Source of the DNA: an uncultured cyanobacterium
GTDB lineage: Bacteria > Cyanobacteriota > Cyanobacteriia > Pseudanabaenales > Pseudanabaenaceae
Direction of reading: 5' to 3'
Assembly: GCA_963703315.1 (NCBI GenBank)
Contig: OY969811.1
Location: forward strand, 2,848,001 to 2,912,000
DNA length: 64,000 bases
Shown one piece after another: positions 1 to 10,016 of the stretch; within the stretch, counting starts at the first letter, position 1; the number at the start of each line of letters is the position of its first letter. Position numbers and translations under genes: made by a program. The notes beneath the pieces are model-generated. The model saw only the letters and a program-made list of their open reading frames with translations. It made no database searches and was not told the DNA's origin.

Positions 1-116
1 ACGATCGCCCAAGTTCCCGTACCAATATCGATATATTCCACAGTGCCGACAATTTGAATATGCATATATTTTTTCACAAAGAATGAAGAATGAGCGCGAA
101 GCACTCATTCTTGAAC

Positions 117-1922
117 TTAAATGCTAGCAGTTTCTGACTTAATCGATAAATAGGCACAGCCGAAACATAGTAAAGAATTGATGCTGAGAAAAGCGATCGA
201 TGGTAATCCTTCACTAATCCACATCATTTGTGGCACTAATACCGCACTGGTGGCTAAACAAGCGGAAGTACCAATTGCCGAGCCGATCGCAAACCATTTC
301 CATTGCGGATGTCCGAGTAAAAACAGCAACAAACCAAGGGGTAACAGTACACTTGCAGTAATGGGATTGAGGGCATTGGTATTAGAGAAAGCATTACCTA
401 ATTCAGCCAAAGAACTTCCCGCAATCCGAAATGGCAGTTGAGTCAGGTCAAATACATAGAAGCCTCTCAAAAAGAACAAACCTGCACCACCAAAGAAGAC
501 TCCATTAGAAAATGACCAATTCCATCGGAAGGGAAACCAGCGATTGAGGATTATTGCTAATAGATAGGAACCAATCACCATAATTAGTTTAGGAATTAGC
601 GCCACAGCCCCGCCATCAATCCAAAACCTCGGACTCAAGTAGCCATTGTCTCGCGCCCATCGTAGAAAATCGGGAATTAACTGTCCCTGTGAGGCAAGAT
701 TGACTGCTGCTGCCGCATTTAAATGCCCCGCACCGTAGTAGTTGAGCGTATCATCGGCAACTTTGCGCGAAGACTGTTTGAGAATTTGGGCAACCTTTTC
801 AGGATCTTTCACTCCCGATGCTTCGATTAGCGCGACTACACCCGCAACGTGAGGTGATGCCATACTCGTACCTTGGAAAGAGCGAAATACGGATTGCTTA
901 TTTTTAGGGTCAATCGTATTTTGCAAAATACCGCCCGAACCATCGCCATCTTTACCTCTAGCGATCGCGCCACCGGGAGCCGCCACATCCACACCCGCAC
1001 CATAATTAGAATAGGGAGCTTTTTCGCCTGTAGAGCCTGTTGCCGCCACCGCAATTACTTTAGGATAACGGGCAGGATAGAAAGCAGCATTACGATTGGA
1101 ATTTCCTGCGGCTGCCACGATGACGACACCTTTTTTATAGGCATAATCGATCGCCTTTTGCATAAGCTTACTTTCACCACCACCACCGAGACTCATATTG
1201 ATCACATTTGCGCCATTGTCCGCCGCAAAAATAATCGCCTCGGCAATATCGGAAATCGTGCCACCACCTGATGCTGATAGCACTTTAAGCGGCATAATGC
1301 TGGCTTCGTAAGCAATCCCCGCCACGCCATAATTATTATTTGTCGATTGAGCGATCGTACCCGCTACATGGGTTCCATGCCCATTGTCATCACTAGCATC
1401 TTCGCGATCGTTCACAAAATCGTAACCCTTAACGAAGTTTGTGTTTTTGAGATCGTCAACTTTGCTTACACCTGTATCAATGACGGCGACAGTAATGCCC
1501 TTACCTTTAGTTTTTTGCCAAGCCTTTTCTACATCGATCGCCTTGAGATTCCATTGCTCCTTATACATTGGGTCATTAGGAGCCGTACCACCAATAAAGT
1601 CAAGCGAATAGATATAATTTGGCTCAACATATTCTGTTAATTCTTTAAGTTCTTTAAATTGCTTTAGCTGTTCAAGGACTTGAGGATCACCTTTGACAAT
1701 GTACAGATGATCTCCTCTAGAGAAGGCACTATTAAACTTCGTTTCGATGCCATATTTTGAGGCGATCGCCTTGAGTTCATTATCAACCTGAGCAGGCGAT
1801 AGCGTATCCCGAAAGTTCAATACCATTGAGTCAAATTCACCTTCGACTGCCAACCCTTGATAGGTCGATAGCGCCCAAAACAAACCCGCAAAAAATAAGC
1901 ATGAGAGCAGAAATTTTTTCAT
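117..1922 (-). CDS. Subtilisin-like S8 serine peptidase with signal peptide and C-terminal membrane helices
   Basis: Catalytic motifs VAVIDTG, HGTHVAG and GTSMASPHVAG; hydrophobic C-terminal ~170 aa. Confidence 0.93.
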   Translation of the reverse strand: MKKFLLSCLFFAGLFWALSTYQGLAVEGEFDSMVLNFRDTLSPAQVDNELKAIASKYGIETKFNSAFSRGDHLYIVKGDPQVLEQLKQFKELKELTEYVEPNYIYSLDFIGGTAPNDPMYKEQWNLKAIDVEKAWQKTKGKGITVAVIDTGVSKVDDLKNTNFVKGYDFVNDREDASDDNGHGTHVAGTIAQSTNNNYGVAGIAYEASIMPLKVLSASGGGTISDIAEAIIFAADNGANVINMSLGGGGESKLMQKAIDYAYKKGVVIVAAAGNSNRNAAFYPARYPKVIAVAATGSTGEKAPYSNYGAGVDVAAPGGAIARGKDGDGSGGILQNTIDPKNKQSVFRSFQGTSMASPHVAGVVALIEASGVKDPEKVAQILKQSSRKVADDTLNYYGAGHLNAAAAVNLASQGQLIPDFLRWARDNGYLSPRFWIDGGAVALIPKLIMVIGSYLLAIILNRWFPFRWNWSFSNGVFFGGAGLFFLRGFYVFDLTQLPFRIAGSSLAELGNAFSNTNALNPITASVLLPLGLLLFLLGHPQWKWFAIGSAIGTSACLATSAVLVPQMMWISEGLPSIAFLSINSLLCFGCAYLSIKSETASI

Positions 1923-1965
1923 GATGCTAAGACCTCAACCTCAAGTCCTTTATGGTTCCTCTGTA

Positions 1966-2068
1966 ATACCAAAACAAAAAATGGCTACGCCATTTTCTGT
2001 TTTAAAAATCCTTACTGGGCTTGGTTTTTAATTCACAAAAGTGTTGTCACACTTTTGTGAATTGGTAT
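1966..2068. mobile_element. MITE-like element with ATACCAA...TTGGTAT ends and two internal hairpins
   Basis: Terminal inverted repeats; internal stems AAAACAAAAAATGGC/GCCATTTTCTGTTTT and AATTCACAAAAGTGT/ACACTTTTGTGAATT. Confidence 0.55.
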
Positions 2069-2072
2069 AAAA

Positions 2073-2103
2073 GAGCAAGGCAGAACTTTGTTCTGCCTTG
2101 CTC
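2073..2103 (-). terminator. Hairpin terminator downstream of the Rieske gene
   Basis: GAGCAAGGCAGAAC-TTT-GTTCTGCCTTGCTC next to the stop codon, followed by a T-run on the minus strand. Confidence 0.6.
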
Positions 2104-2104
2104 A

Positions 2105-2563
2105 CTAGGCATTCACTAATACCTGACCCTTCTCAATTTTTGCCCCATAAGTTTGAAGTGGCTTTTTGGCAGGATCTTTAAGCAAAGCACCATTAGCTGC
2201 AAATTCAGCATCATGACAGGGACAAACATACTGATTTTTGTCAGATTTCCAATTTACTGTGCAGCCTTTGTGCGTACAGGTAGTATTGACTGCTAATAAC
2301 TTAGTCTTGTCTTTAGGATCTCGGACTACCGAGATTTTCTTATCACTTGATACGAGTTTTCCATCTTTATCAAGCTGAGCAACTGTACCGATCGCTTTAA
2401 ACGTACCGCTAGGGTTAGCCGCTACACTTTCGGGTGCAGTTGCTGGTGATGATGCAGTAGGATTATTAGCTGCATCACTACAGCCAATCAGCGATGAAGG
2501 CAGCAGGCTAGCTAACCAACCTAAGCCAAACCAAGAAAGTAACTTACGGCGATTTAGATTCAT
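2105..2563 (-). CDS. Small Rieske 2Fe-2S protein, Tat-exported or lipoprotein (PetC3-like)
   Basis: NRRKLL twin-arginine signal; CTHKGC and CPCH Rieske ligands; ORF extends to 2590 but MNLNRR is the likelier start. Confidence 0.88.
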   Translation of the reverse strand: MNLNRRKLLSWFGLGWLASLLPSSLIGCSDAANNPTASSPATAPESVAANPSGTFKAIGTVAQLDKDGKLVSSDKKISVVRDPKDKTKLLAVNTTCTHKGCTVNWKSDKNQYVCPCHDAEFAANGALLKDPAKKPLQTYGAKIEKGQVLVNA

Positions 2564-2732
2564 ATTTTTTCTATATACAGAGAATCCCATTTAATTCTAT
2601 AGCAAGCACCAAGAAAGAAGATGTGACGCAGATCTCCATCACTCGTATTAAAACATCAGCATTCATGCTGTATACAAATGATCGCACTGATCGCTATACA
2701 TGGTTAATGTTTACTGAAGTTTACATATATCC

Positions 2733-3245
2733 ATGCAGACGATTTCCCCAAGTGCTGATCACCTTCAAAAAATCGTGATGAGTGGCAACCAAGAGACGGA
2801 GTTTATAACTTGTCTCAAATTTGTGATTGATCCTCAAACCATCGGTTTACTTGAGAGCGAATTTACGCAAGAGATTTTGACGATTAAGGCAACGCATATT
2901 ATGCCTGTACCCAATAAACCATCATGCATCTTGGGAATCTTAAGCCGTCGCCGCCGCGTTTACTGGGCGATCGATTTAGCGATGCTATTGGGTTTACAAC
3001 CAATAGATCAAAAGATTGGACTTTACGAAGTAATTCTCATATCGGTACAAGAACTATCTCTGGCATTGGTTGTGCCGAACATTTTGGGCGTTGCTCATAT
3101 TCCTAGCGATCGCCTTGAGCAGAATCTTACATCTGTCCCCACAGCACTAAAACCTTATACTAAAAGCCTCATTAATGAGAAGGAAGAGTTAGCTTATCTA
3201 TTGAAAGCTGAAAATATTTTGCAGTCAACAATTCTCCATTCATGA
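2733..3245 (+). CDS. cheW: CheW-like coupling protein (orphan)
   Basis: IMPVP...ILGILSRRRRVYWAIDLAMLLG and LALVVPNILGV pattern of cyanobacterial CheW/PilI. Confidence 0.8.
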   Translation: MQTISPSADHLQKIVMSGNQETEFITCLKFVIDPQTIGLLESEFTQEILTIKATHIMPVPNKPSCILGILSRRRRVYWAIDLAMLLGLQPIDQKIGLYEVILISVQELSLALVVPNILGVAHIPSDRLEQNLTSVPTALKPYTKSLINEKEELAYLLKAENILQSTILHS

Positions 3246-3262
3246 CCTCTGAAAACCCAAAC

Positions 3263-3307
3263 CCAAGAAGCGAGTTGCGGCGCAAAGCGCCGCAACTCGC
3301 TTCTTGG
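3263..3307. repeat. Palindromic dispersed repeat (GAGTTGCGGCGC-AAA-GCGCCGCAACTC core)
   Basis: Perfect 21-bp stem; same core at 25633 and 28436. Confidence 0.9.
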
Positions 3308-3341
3308 ATTTAAGACGATAAGTAGCTAGGCATAAGTAAAC

Positions 3342-3400
3342 TTAAAACCTAGAAGCTTATGCCGCCCGCGTAGCGGGCGGCATAAGCTTCTAGGTTTTAA
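3342..3400. repeat. Perfect 28-bp-stem palindrome with GTA loop
   Basis: TTAAAACCTAGAAGCTTATGCCGCCCGC-GTA-GCGGGCGGCATAAGCTTCTAGGTTTTAA. Confidence 0.9.
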
Positions 3401-3504
3401 CAGCTATAAAACAGCTTTTGATGCTGTGGTGGTAGCTTGAGACACATAATTAGATCCAAACCTGAGTCTCAATTAGAGAAGATCTAAACTATGCTGATCT
3501 CCTC

Positions 3505-4953
3505 ATGCCTGAGTTACTTAACTCAAATAGACTTCTATTTGACTTGCATCAAATTGCTCAGATTGCCCAAAACTTTTCTGGATGTCTAGAGCCAGAAGCG
3601 ATCGCCCATCAGTTAACAGAGGGGTTAATCCAGAAATTTGGCATCGCTTTGGCACGGGTTTGGTTGCTAGAGCCAAACCAACAATTTCTGAAACTAGTGT
3701 CTTCATCGGGGATGTACACTCATACTAATGGAGGATTTAGCAGAGTTCCTTTAGGAGCCTATAAAGTAGGTAAAATTGCTCAAAATCGGATTTCATTTTT
3801 AAGTAATAATCTTGCCGAAGAGACTTGGGTTGGTAATCGAGAATGGGCGATCGCCAATCATATTCGTGGATTTGTTGGTTATCCTCTGATGATTAGAGGT
3901 AGGGTTTTAGGAGTTCTTGCCAACTTTAGTCGAGAACCTTTAGCTCCTGAGTTTCTAGAGATTCTCCAAACCCTCTGTACAATGGCGAGTATTGCCTTAG
4001 ATGCGGCAATGCAATATCAACAAGACAAGCAAGTATGGTCATCTTCATCGCTAGTTCAATCCTTTAGCAGTTTGCCTCTATCAGAGCAATTAGCAACCAT
4101 CTTGACCTCAACTCGTCTTACCCTAGTTGGAGCCGAGCGATCGCTTTCATTGCCGATTACTTATATATTTCTCCAAACTGCGGAAATTTTAAATCAATTT
4201 GGATGTGCTTACTGCTGTCTCAGATATCAGATAGATGTCGTTGATTTAGAGGCAATTGTGCCAGCAAATAATCTAGCAGTTCCATCTCAAACTCAACCTA
4301 TTGATTCTATATTTGGTGAGTTATTCCCTATCGTTTCTTGTTTAGGAGGAACGCTCAGCAAACAATTTCTCGATACTCAACGCAGCATTCAGCTATTGCT
4401 ATCAATTCCCTATCCTAGTGCTAAAAGCTCTCAGATTATCCGCATCAAATGTAAATTTCCAGTTTTACAAACGGCATTTACCCATCTTGCATTTTTAGCA
4501 GGATTAGCTGTTAGCAATAATTTGGAGCCATTTTCAGAACCTATCGTAAATTCTGACCCGCAAATTCCTCTGCTCACCGATGATATTAGTGCTATTCATG
4601 ACGCTAAGTATGTAATTTGGATACAGCAAGCAAATCATCCGATACCATCAGGAGTGAAGGCAAAGATCGATCTAGCGATCGCCCCTGAGCAGTTGAACGA
4701 AGTTGTAAATGCCGTGATGCGAGGAGAATCTTGGGGAATTGAATCTAATAAAGCCTTGCTACCGTTGCTTTCAGAACGTGAGTTAGAAATTATGCAGTTA
4801 TTGGCAAAGGGTTTACGCGATCGCGCGATCGCCAAACAACTTGTGATCAGCGAGAGTACAGTCAAATTCCATATCAACAATATTATTGCTAAACTCAAGA
4901 CGAAAACTCGTTTTGAGGCTTTATATCAAGCGATTTTAAATGGCTGGATCTAA
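3505..4953 (+). CDS. GAF domain plus C-terminal LuxR HTH transcriptional regulator
   Basis: N-terminal GAF-like region (ARVWLL...GYPLMIRGRVLGVL); LSERELEIMQLLAKG...IAKQLVISESTVKFHINNI. Confidence 0.88.
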   Translation: MPELLNSNRLLFDLHQIAQIAQNFSGCLEPEAIAHQLTEGLIQKFGIALARVWLLEPNQQFLKLVSSSGMYTHTNGGFSRVPLGAYKVGKIAQNRISFLSNNLAEETWVGNREWAIANHIRGFVGYPLMIRGRVLGVLANFSREPLAPEFLEILQTLCTMASIALDAAMQYQQDKQVWSSSSLVQSFSSLPLSEQLATILTSTRLTLVGAERSLSLPITYIFLQTAEILNQFGCAYCCLRYQIDVVDLEAIVPANNLAVPSQTQPIDSIFGELFPIVSCLGGTLSKQFLDTQRSIQLLLSIPYPSAKSSQIIRIKCKFPVLQTAFTHLAFLAGLAVSNNLEPFSEPIVNSDPQIPLLTDDISAIHDAKYVIWIQQANHPIPSGVKAKIDLAIAPEQLNEVVNAVMRGESWGIESNKALLPLLSERELEIMQLLAKGLRDRAIAKQLVISESTVKFHINNIIAKLKTKTRFEALYQAILNGWI

Positions 4954-4979
4954 GGACAAGACGAAGTACAGGACAAAAT

Positions 4980-5963
4980 TTACGGATTAGCGATCGCTGG
5001 ATTTTCTTGGACATTAATCACCAGCACGCGAACTTTAGAACACCGTGTGGCAATGTCTGAATCGACAGGATCGTTTTCGTTTTGTTTTAAGTCAAGTTTT
5101 AAGCCTAGAAATCCCAAGGATTGACAGATAAGCTCGCGGATAATCTCGGCATTCTCACTTAATTCTGACGTAAACACAATTGCATCCATGCCCCCTAAAC
5201 TCATGAGCATCGAACCAAGGCATGACCGCAACCGATGAATGTAAATATCCAAAGCTTGTTTTGCCCTAGAGTTATCTGTATCAATCGCTGATCCTACTGA
5301 TTGCGGATCATCAGATTTTCCAGAAGTCTTAACTAAACTGGATTCTTGATCATTCTCTCGCTTTGATGGCTCATTGGGTTTATTGTCCTGTCGCATCATC
5401 TCATTTAAAACATTAGGATCAACTGAGCCAGAGCTATAATCAATCATCAAACCTTCTAAAGGTGTAAATCCAGTAGCTGTATCGATGATCTGACCATTGT
5501 GAATGGCAGCAAGAGAACAACCATTGTCCAAATTGCAAGTAATCAATCGCAAGTCTTTAATATCTCTCTGTAAGACTTCCGCAGATCGTTGAGCGCAATA
5601 ATAGTGACTACTTTCATTGAGTCCATAATGACGATGATCAACTTCTACAGGAGGACTGGAAATTGTCGAGATATTGGCTAAATTTTCGGAATTAGTAACT
5701 GCAAGTTTCTCGACATTATCAGGCTCTTCATCTTCCAAAGTTGTCTTAAGCACAATTTCTTGCCAATCCAAGTCTAACCTTACACAAATTTCAAAAAATG
5801 TGAATCGCTCAACTGGTTTTCCTGCAAAAAATCGCCAAATCGGCTGCCGCGTTTTAAGCCCCACTTCCTCAGCAAGGTACTCTTGTGTCCAACCCGTATG
5901 GGCAAAACGCTTTTTAGCCTTTTTGATCCCTGATGCTGATGCTTTTAATGATCGCTTAGAAAT
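4980..5963 (-). CDS. HTH domain fused to degenerate C-terminal acetate kinase domain; probable ATT start
   Basis: Frame stays open 33 codons upstream of the called GTG (ISKRSLKASASGIKKAKKRFAHTGWTQEYLAEEV), with AGGAG 9 nt before ATT; C-terminal part matches AckA motifs (LRLITC.L.NGCSLAAI, GFTPLEGL, LGGMDAIVFT). Confidence 0.7.
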   Translation of the reverse strand: MSKRSLKASASGIKKAKKRFAHTGWTQEYLAEEVGLKTRQPIWRFFAGKPVERFTFFEICVRLDLDWQEIVLKTTLEDEEPDNVEKLAVTNSENLANISTISSPPVEVDHRHYGLNESSHYYCAQRSAEVLQRDIKDLRLITCNLDNGCSLAAIHNGQIIDTATGFTPLEGLMIDYSSGSVDPNVLNEMMRQDNKPNEPSKRENDQESSLVKTSGKSDDPQSVGSAIDTDNSRAKQALDIYIHRLRSCLGSMLMSLGGMDAIVFTSELSENAEIIRELICQSLGFLGLKLDLKQNENDPVDSDIATRCSKVRVLVINVQENPAIANP

Positions 5964-6150
5964 AACTGCAAACTCCTATTCATAATTTTGGTAATAAGTA
6001 ACCAGATCCAAGCTGTGGCGCACGCTGCGTCACAGCTTAGATCTAATTGTGGTGAGGTACTTAAATATTGATGATAGCCAAAAGCTAATATCTCTAGTAT
6101 AGAGATTTATAACAACATCAAACATTTCAATCATCTCAATCAAATTATAC

Positions 6151-6203
6151 CAAGACCAAATTTTAGTGGCGCGGCTCTGCCGCGCCACTAAAATTTGGTC
6201 TTG
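6151..6203. repeat. Perfect 25-bp-stem palindrome
   Basis: CAAGACCAAATTTTAGTGGCGCGGC-TCT-GCCGCGCCACTAAAATTTGGTCTTG. Confidence 0.9.
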
Positions 6204-6211
6204 CCCGTCCC

Positions 6212-7108
6212 TTAACGATTTAAAGTTAATTCTTTTTTATTGCCTAAAATCCCCTGTGGTCGCCATACCATCAGCAAAATTAGAGTTACACCAATCAAAA
6301 TTAGCTGAATTGCTTCAAATCTGCCACCATCAGCACGAATTTGTTCAGGTAGAAACCGAGGCAGAGCATTGTAGAACTGAAATATTGCCGCGCCAAGAAT
6401 TACACCTAAATTATTGCCAGCACCGCCAATCGTGATAATTGTCCATGCTTGGAAGGTAATCAGGGGGACAAAATTATCGGGATAGACTGTAGTTAGCTGC
6501 CAAGCGTAAAATGAGCCTGCCAGACCACCGATCGCCCCGCCGATCGCAAAAGCCTGTAACTTATACCAAAATACATTTTTACCTAGAGCTTTCACTACTT
6601 CTTCATCTTCGCGGATTGCCTTTAACACCCGTCCCCAAGGCGATCGCACTAACCACTCTAAGCGCCAATATACTACTGCCACGACGACTAGTAACAGAGC
6701 CGCTAATACAAAGGAATAATATTGACGGGAGATTAGAGTCACTAATGGCAGTGGGAAATCCTGCACACCTCTTGTGCCTTTGGTCAGCCATTCTTCATTA
6801 TTGACGAACAGGCGCACCATCTCCGATACCCCAATAGTGACGATTCCTAAATAGTCTTCGCGGAGTTTTAGCGCCGTGCTACCGATGATGATGCCCAGTA
6901 ATCCTGCGATCGCCGCCGCGATCAGAAATGCTAAAAACCAAGGCACACCATTAAGGCTGAGCAGTACTGTGGTATATGCCCCGACCGTCATAAACGCGAC
7001 ATGACCAAAGTTTACCAATCCTGCAAACCCCCATTGCAGATTTAGTCCCAGACTAAACAGAGCAAAGATAGCCGCATTAATAAAGAGTGTTGAGATATAT
7101 TCGATCAT
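6212..7108 (-). CDS. Branched-chain/neutral amino acid ABC transporter permease (LivM/NatC family)
   Basis: GLNLQWGFAGLVNFGHVAF, LREDYLGIVTIG, SPWGRVLKAIREDE, RPQGILG. Confidence 0.92.
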   Translation of the reverse strand: MIEYISTLFINAAIFALFSLGLNLQWGFAGLVNFGHVAFMTVGAYTTVLLSLNGVPWFLAFLIAAAIAGLLGIIIGSTALKLREDYLGIVTIGVSEMVRLFVNNEEWLTKGTRGVQDFPLPLVTLISRQYYSFVLAALLLVVVAVVYWRLEWLVRSPWGRVLKAIREDEEVVKALGKNVFWYKLQAFAIGGAIGGLAGSFYAWQLTTVYPDNFVPLITFQAWTIITIGGAGNNLGVILGAAIFQFYNALPRFLPEQIRADGGRFEAIQLILIGVTLILLMVWRPQGILGNKKELTLNR

Positions 7109-7235
7109 AAATATTTACCCGCATACAAAAGCATGAGTCACAAAGCTCATACTTTTATGGGTTTGCTATAAATTGACTGCGCTAGCGATATAGTAAGTCT
7201 AGACTGGTACGTTTTAAAAGACCATTTAAAAGACC

Positions 7236-9251
7236 ATGCGTCTATGCATTAATCCTAACTGCCCAATTCCTGATCATCCTGACAATGACAATTATCTGAC
7301 TTGTCAGGGATGTGGCTCTGAACTTTTGATTGATGGTTGCTATACGGTTACCAAGTTATTAAGTGATGCTGGCGGATTTGGGATAGTCTACGAAGCATCT
7401 GATCCTGAAGGCAAAGCCAAAATCTTGAAAGTCCTCAAGCAAGAGGTGAGTGAAGATCCTAAGGCTGTATCTTTGTTTCAGCAAGAAGCTTTTGTCTTGG
7501 GGCAGATTGAACACGCGGGGATACCAAAAATTGAAACCTATGTACATCATTACCTCGAAAATGGGAAAATGTTGCATGGCATTGTCATGCAAAAAATTGA
7601 GGGGCTGAACCTCGAACAATGGATTAACCAACGCGAGCAGAAGCCGATCGCCCAAAAAAGAGCAATTGTTTGGCTGAAGCAATTGGTAGATATTTTGTCT
7701 GTAGTACATCGCCACAAATATTTGCATCGTGATATCAAACCCGCAAATGTTATGTTGTCACCATCGGGGCAACTGGTTTTAATTGACTTTGGGACAGCCC
7801 GCGAAGCCACCCATACTTATCTTGCCAAGATTGGTAGTGTCGAAGGTGTAACGAGCATCTGCTCAGTGGGCTATACGGCTCCTGAACAGGAAAAGGGATT
7901 TGCTGTGCCGCAGTCCGATTTTTATGCCCTCGGCTGCACGATGATTCATTTGGTGACGGGCAAATATCCCCTCGATACTTACAGTCCCGATCGCGATATG
8001 TTTGAGTGGCGATCGCACGCCCCTGAAATTTCAGAAGAGTTTGCCGATTTAATCGATGCCTTAATTGCTCGAAAACCAAGCGATCGCCCGATTAATTGCG
8101 AGTCAATTTTAAAAATCCTTAAGGAAATTGAACAAATTGATCAACTTCCAAAAAGTGGCAAAAATAGCGCTAAACGTAAATCAATTAAGCAGGCAATTAA
8201 AGACTCAACTCGCAAACCAACTTCACCAATTTTATTAACCATCTCCGTAGTGATTGCCGCCTTTGTGGGACTGAGCATTGGTACAGTAATTAAGGTTTCG
8301 GCGATCGGCAATTTTGAAGAAATTAGCATTCAATTGCCCGTATTTCAACAAAAGCGTCTCACACCATTTCGATTTTTGTCAGGACATACAGATACAATTC
8401 AGAGCGTAGCCCTCAGTCCTGATGGCAAGACGATCGCTAGTGCTAGTGATGACGGAACTGTGAAGCTTTGGGAACTCGCAGGGGATAATCCTAATCCCAT
8501 TAAAGAAATCAAAGATCTTGGCGGCTGGGTACGCTCAGTAGTTTTTGTATCTGATCGCCAGATTGCCACCGCAGGGCAAGACAAAAATATCAAGATTATT
8601 GATATCGCCTCAGGAAAAATCCTCAAAACACTGACTGGTCATACCAATCTCGTTAATAATTTGGCGATCGCCCCTGAACATGATCTACTAGTCAGTGGCA
8701 GCTATGACAATACCGTAAATATTTGGCGCATCTCGACAGGTAAGTTAGAGCGATCGCTCAAGGGACATAAAGACAAAGTGTGGGGAGTCGCAATTTCACC
8801 CGACGGTAAGCAGGTTATCAGTGCTAGCCGCGACAAAACAGTACAAATTTGGGACGTAAAGACAGGCGAAAGTGTAAAAACCTTGCAACATCCATCAGGA
8901 GTAACCTGTGTACTCGTAACTCCCGATGGTAAGCGCGTGATTAGCGGTAGTAGTGATAAGGCAATTCGAGTCTGGGGTCTGGAATCGGGTAAGCAACTAT
9001 TTGAATTGGGTGAATATCATGATGCCATCAGTGCGATCGCTATTACTAGCGATGGCAAATATCTCTTTAGTGGTGGTAAAGATAACTCAAACTCCATTCG
9101 CCTATGGAACCTCCAAACTAAATCTTCTATCTGGACTCTCATTGGTCATACCGATTTGGTAACTTCTTTAATAATTACTCCAGATAATCTCAAACTGATT
9201 AGTAGTAGCCAAGATAAAAGTATTGATATTTGGGAAATTCCTAAACTTTAA
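7236..9251 (+). CDS. Ser/Thr protein kinase with N-terminal Cys4 motif, TM segment and WD40 repeats
   Basis: CINPNC..CQGC; HRDIKPAN, DFG and APE kinase motifs; about 7 GH...W repeats. Confidence 0.95.
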   Translation: MRLCINPNCPIPDHPDNDNYLTCQGCGSELLIDGCYTVTKLLSDAGGFGIVYEASDPEGKAKILKVLKQEVSEDPKAVSLFQQEAFVLGQIEHAGIPKIETYVHHYLENGKMLHGIVMQKIEGLNLEQWINQREQKPIAQKRAIVWLKQLVDILSVVHRHKYLHRDIKPANVMLSPSGQLVLIDFGTAREATHTYLAKIGSVEGVTSICSVGYTAPEQEKGFAVPQSDFYALGCTMIHLVTGKYPLDTYSPDRDMFEWRSHAPEISEEFADLIDALIARKPSDRPINCESILKILKEIEQIDQLPKSGKNSAKRKSIKQAIKDSTRKPTSPILLTISVVIAAFVGLSIGTVIKVSAIGNFEEISIQLPVFQQKRLTPFRFLSGHTDTIQSVALSPDGKTIASASDDGTVKLWELAGDNPNPIKEIKDLGGWVRSVVFVSDRQIATAGQDKNIKIIDIASGKILKTLTGHTNLVNNLAIAPEHDLLVSGSYDNTVNIWRISTGKLERSLKGHKDKVWGVAISPDGKQVISASRDKTVQIWDVKTGESVKTLQHPSGVTCVLVTPDGKRVISGSSDKAIRVWGLESGKQLFELGEYHDAISAIAITSDGKYLFSGGKDNSNSIRLWNLQTKSSIWTLIGHTDLVTSLIITPDNLKLISSSQDKSIDIWEIPKL

Positions 9252-9338
9252 TTAGACCTCAATGATGGGTTACGCGATCGCTAACCCATCCTACGTTTAA
9301 TTCCAACAACTTACTTAGTGTTACTTAGGGATAATTTT

Positions 9339-9935
9339 ATGGAGAGTTCTACGCAGCAAGTCGATCCCATCACCTTAGTTATTTCCGAAGTTGTCGAGCC
9401 AAATCTTATCGAAGATTATGAAACTTGGACAAAAGAAATTAATCATGCAGCCCAACAATTTGATGGATTTATGGGTGTTGAAGTAATTCGTCCTCGCGAT
9501 CATCAACATCCTGAATATGTAGTCATCGTTAAATTTGATAATTACGAACATTGCAAAACTTGGCTGACTTCATCTGTTTATCAACAAGGGATGCAGAAGG
9601 CTAAAAAATTTATCTCTCAGCGATCGCAGCAATATCAACCTAATGGATTAGAACTATGGTTTACGCTACCAAAAAGTAAATCCTCAAACTCATCGCAGCC
9701 CGCATATTACAAACAGGTAATTATTGGCGTGATTACTGTATATCCTCTTATTCTGCTTGCCAAATTATTACTTAGTCCATTCCTTCAAGGACTTCCTGAA
9801 TTATTGGCTCTACTTATTTCGGTTACCTTTGTATCAGCATTACTCACCTATCCAGTTATGCCATACCTGACCAAAGTTTTAAGTTTCTGGCTCTATCCTG
9901 CAACATCTCAGCGCAAGAGATACCCAAAACCGTAA
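9339..9935 (+). CDS. Antibiotic biosynthesis monooxygenase (ABM)-domain membrane protein
   Basis: QFDGFMGVEVIRP...YVVIVKFD; GLELWF; two C-terminal TM helices. Confidence 0.8.
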   Translation: MESSTQQVDPITLVISEVVEPNLIEDYETWTKEINHAAQQFDGFMGVEVIRPRDHQHPEYVVIVKFDNYEHCKTWLTSSVYQQGMQKAKKFISQRSQQYQPNGLELWFTLPKSKSSNSSQPAYYKQVIIGVITVYPLILLAKLLLSPFLQGLPELLALLISVTFVSALLTYPVMPYLTKVLSFWLYPATSQRKRYPKP

Positions 9936-10016
9936 GAAGGGAGTGGCGGCGTGAAGCACCGCCACTCCTGACATAAATGGTTACCGCTATAGTTATAATT
10001 GCGCTGTAAGCAATGC

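Noticed and set aside
4980..5864. Calling the gene ackA
   Set aside because: The N-terminal half of acetate kinase is missing and catalytic His/Arg motifs are substituted.
7213..7236. 12-bp tandem duplication before the kinase ATG (similar short duplications near 26196 in mlaD and 61236 in the histidine kinase)
   Set aside because: Consistent with ordinary slippage duplications; no evidence of function.
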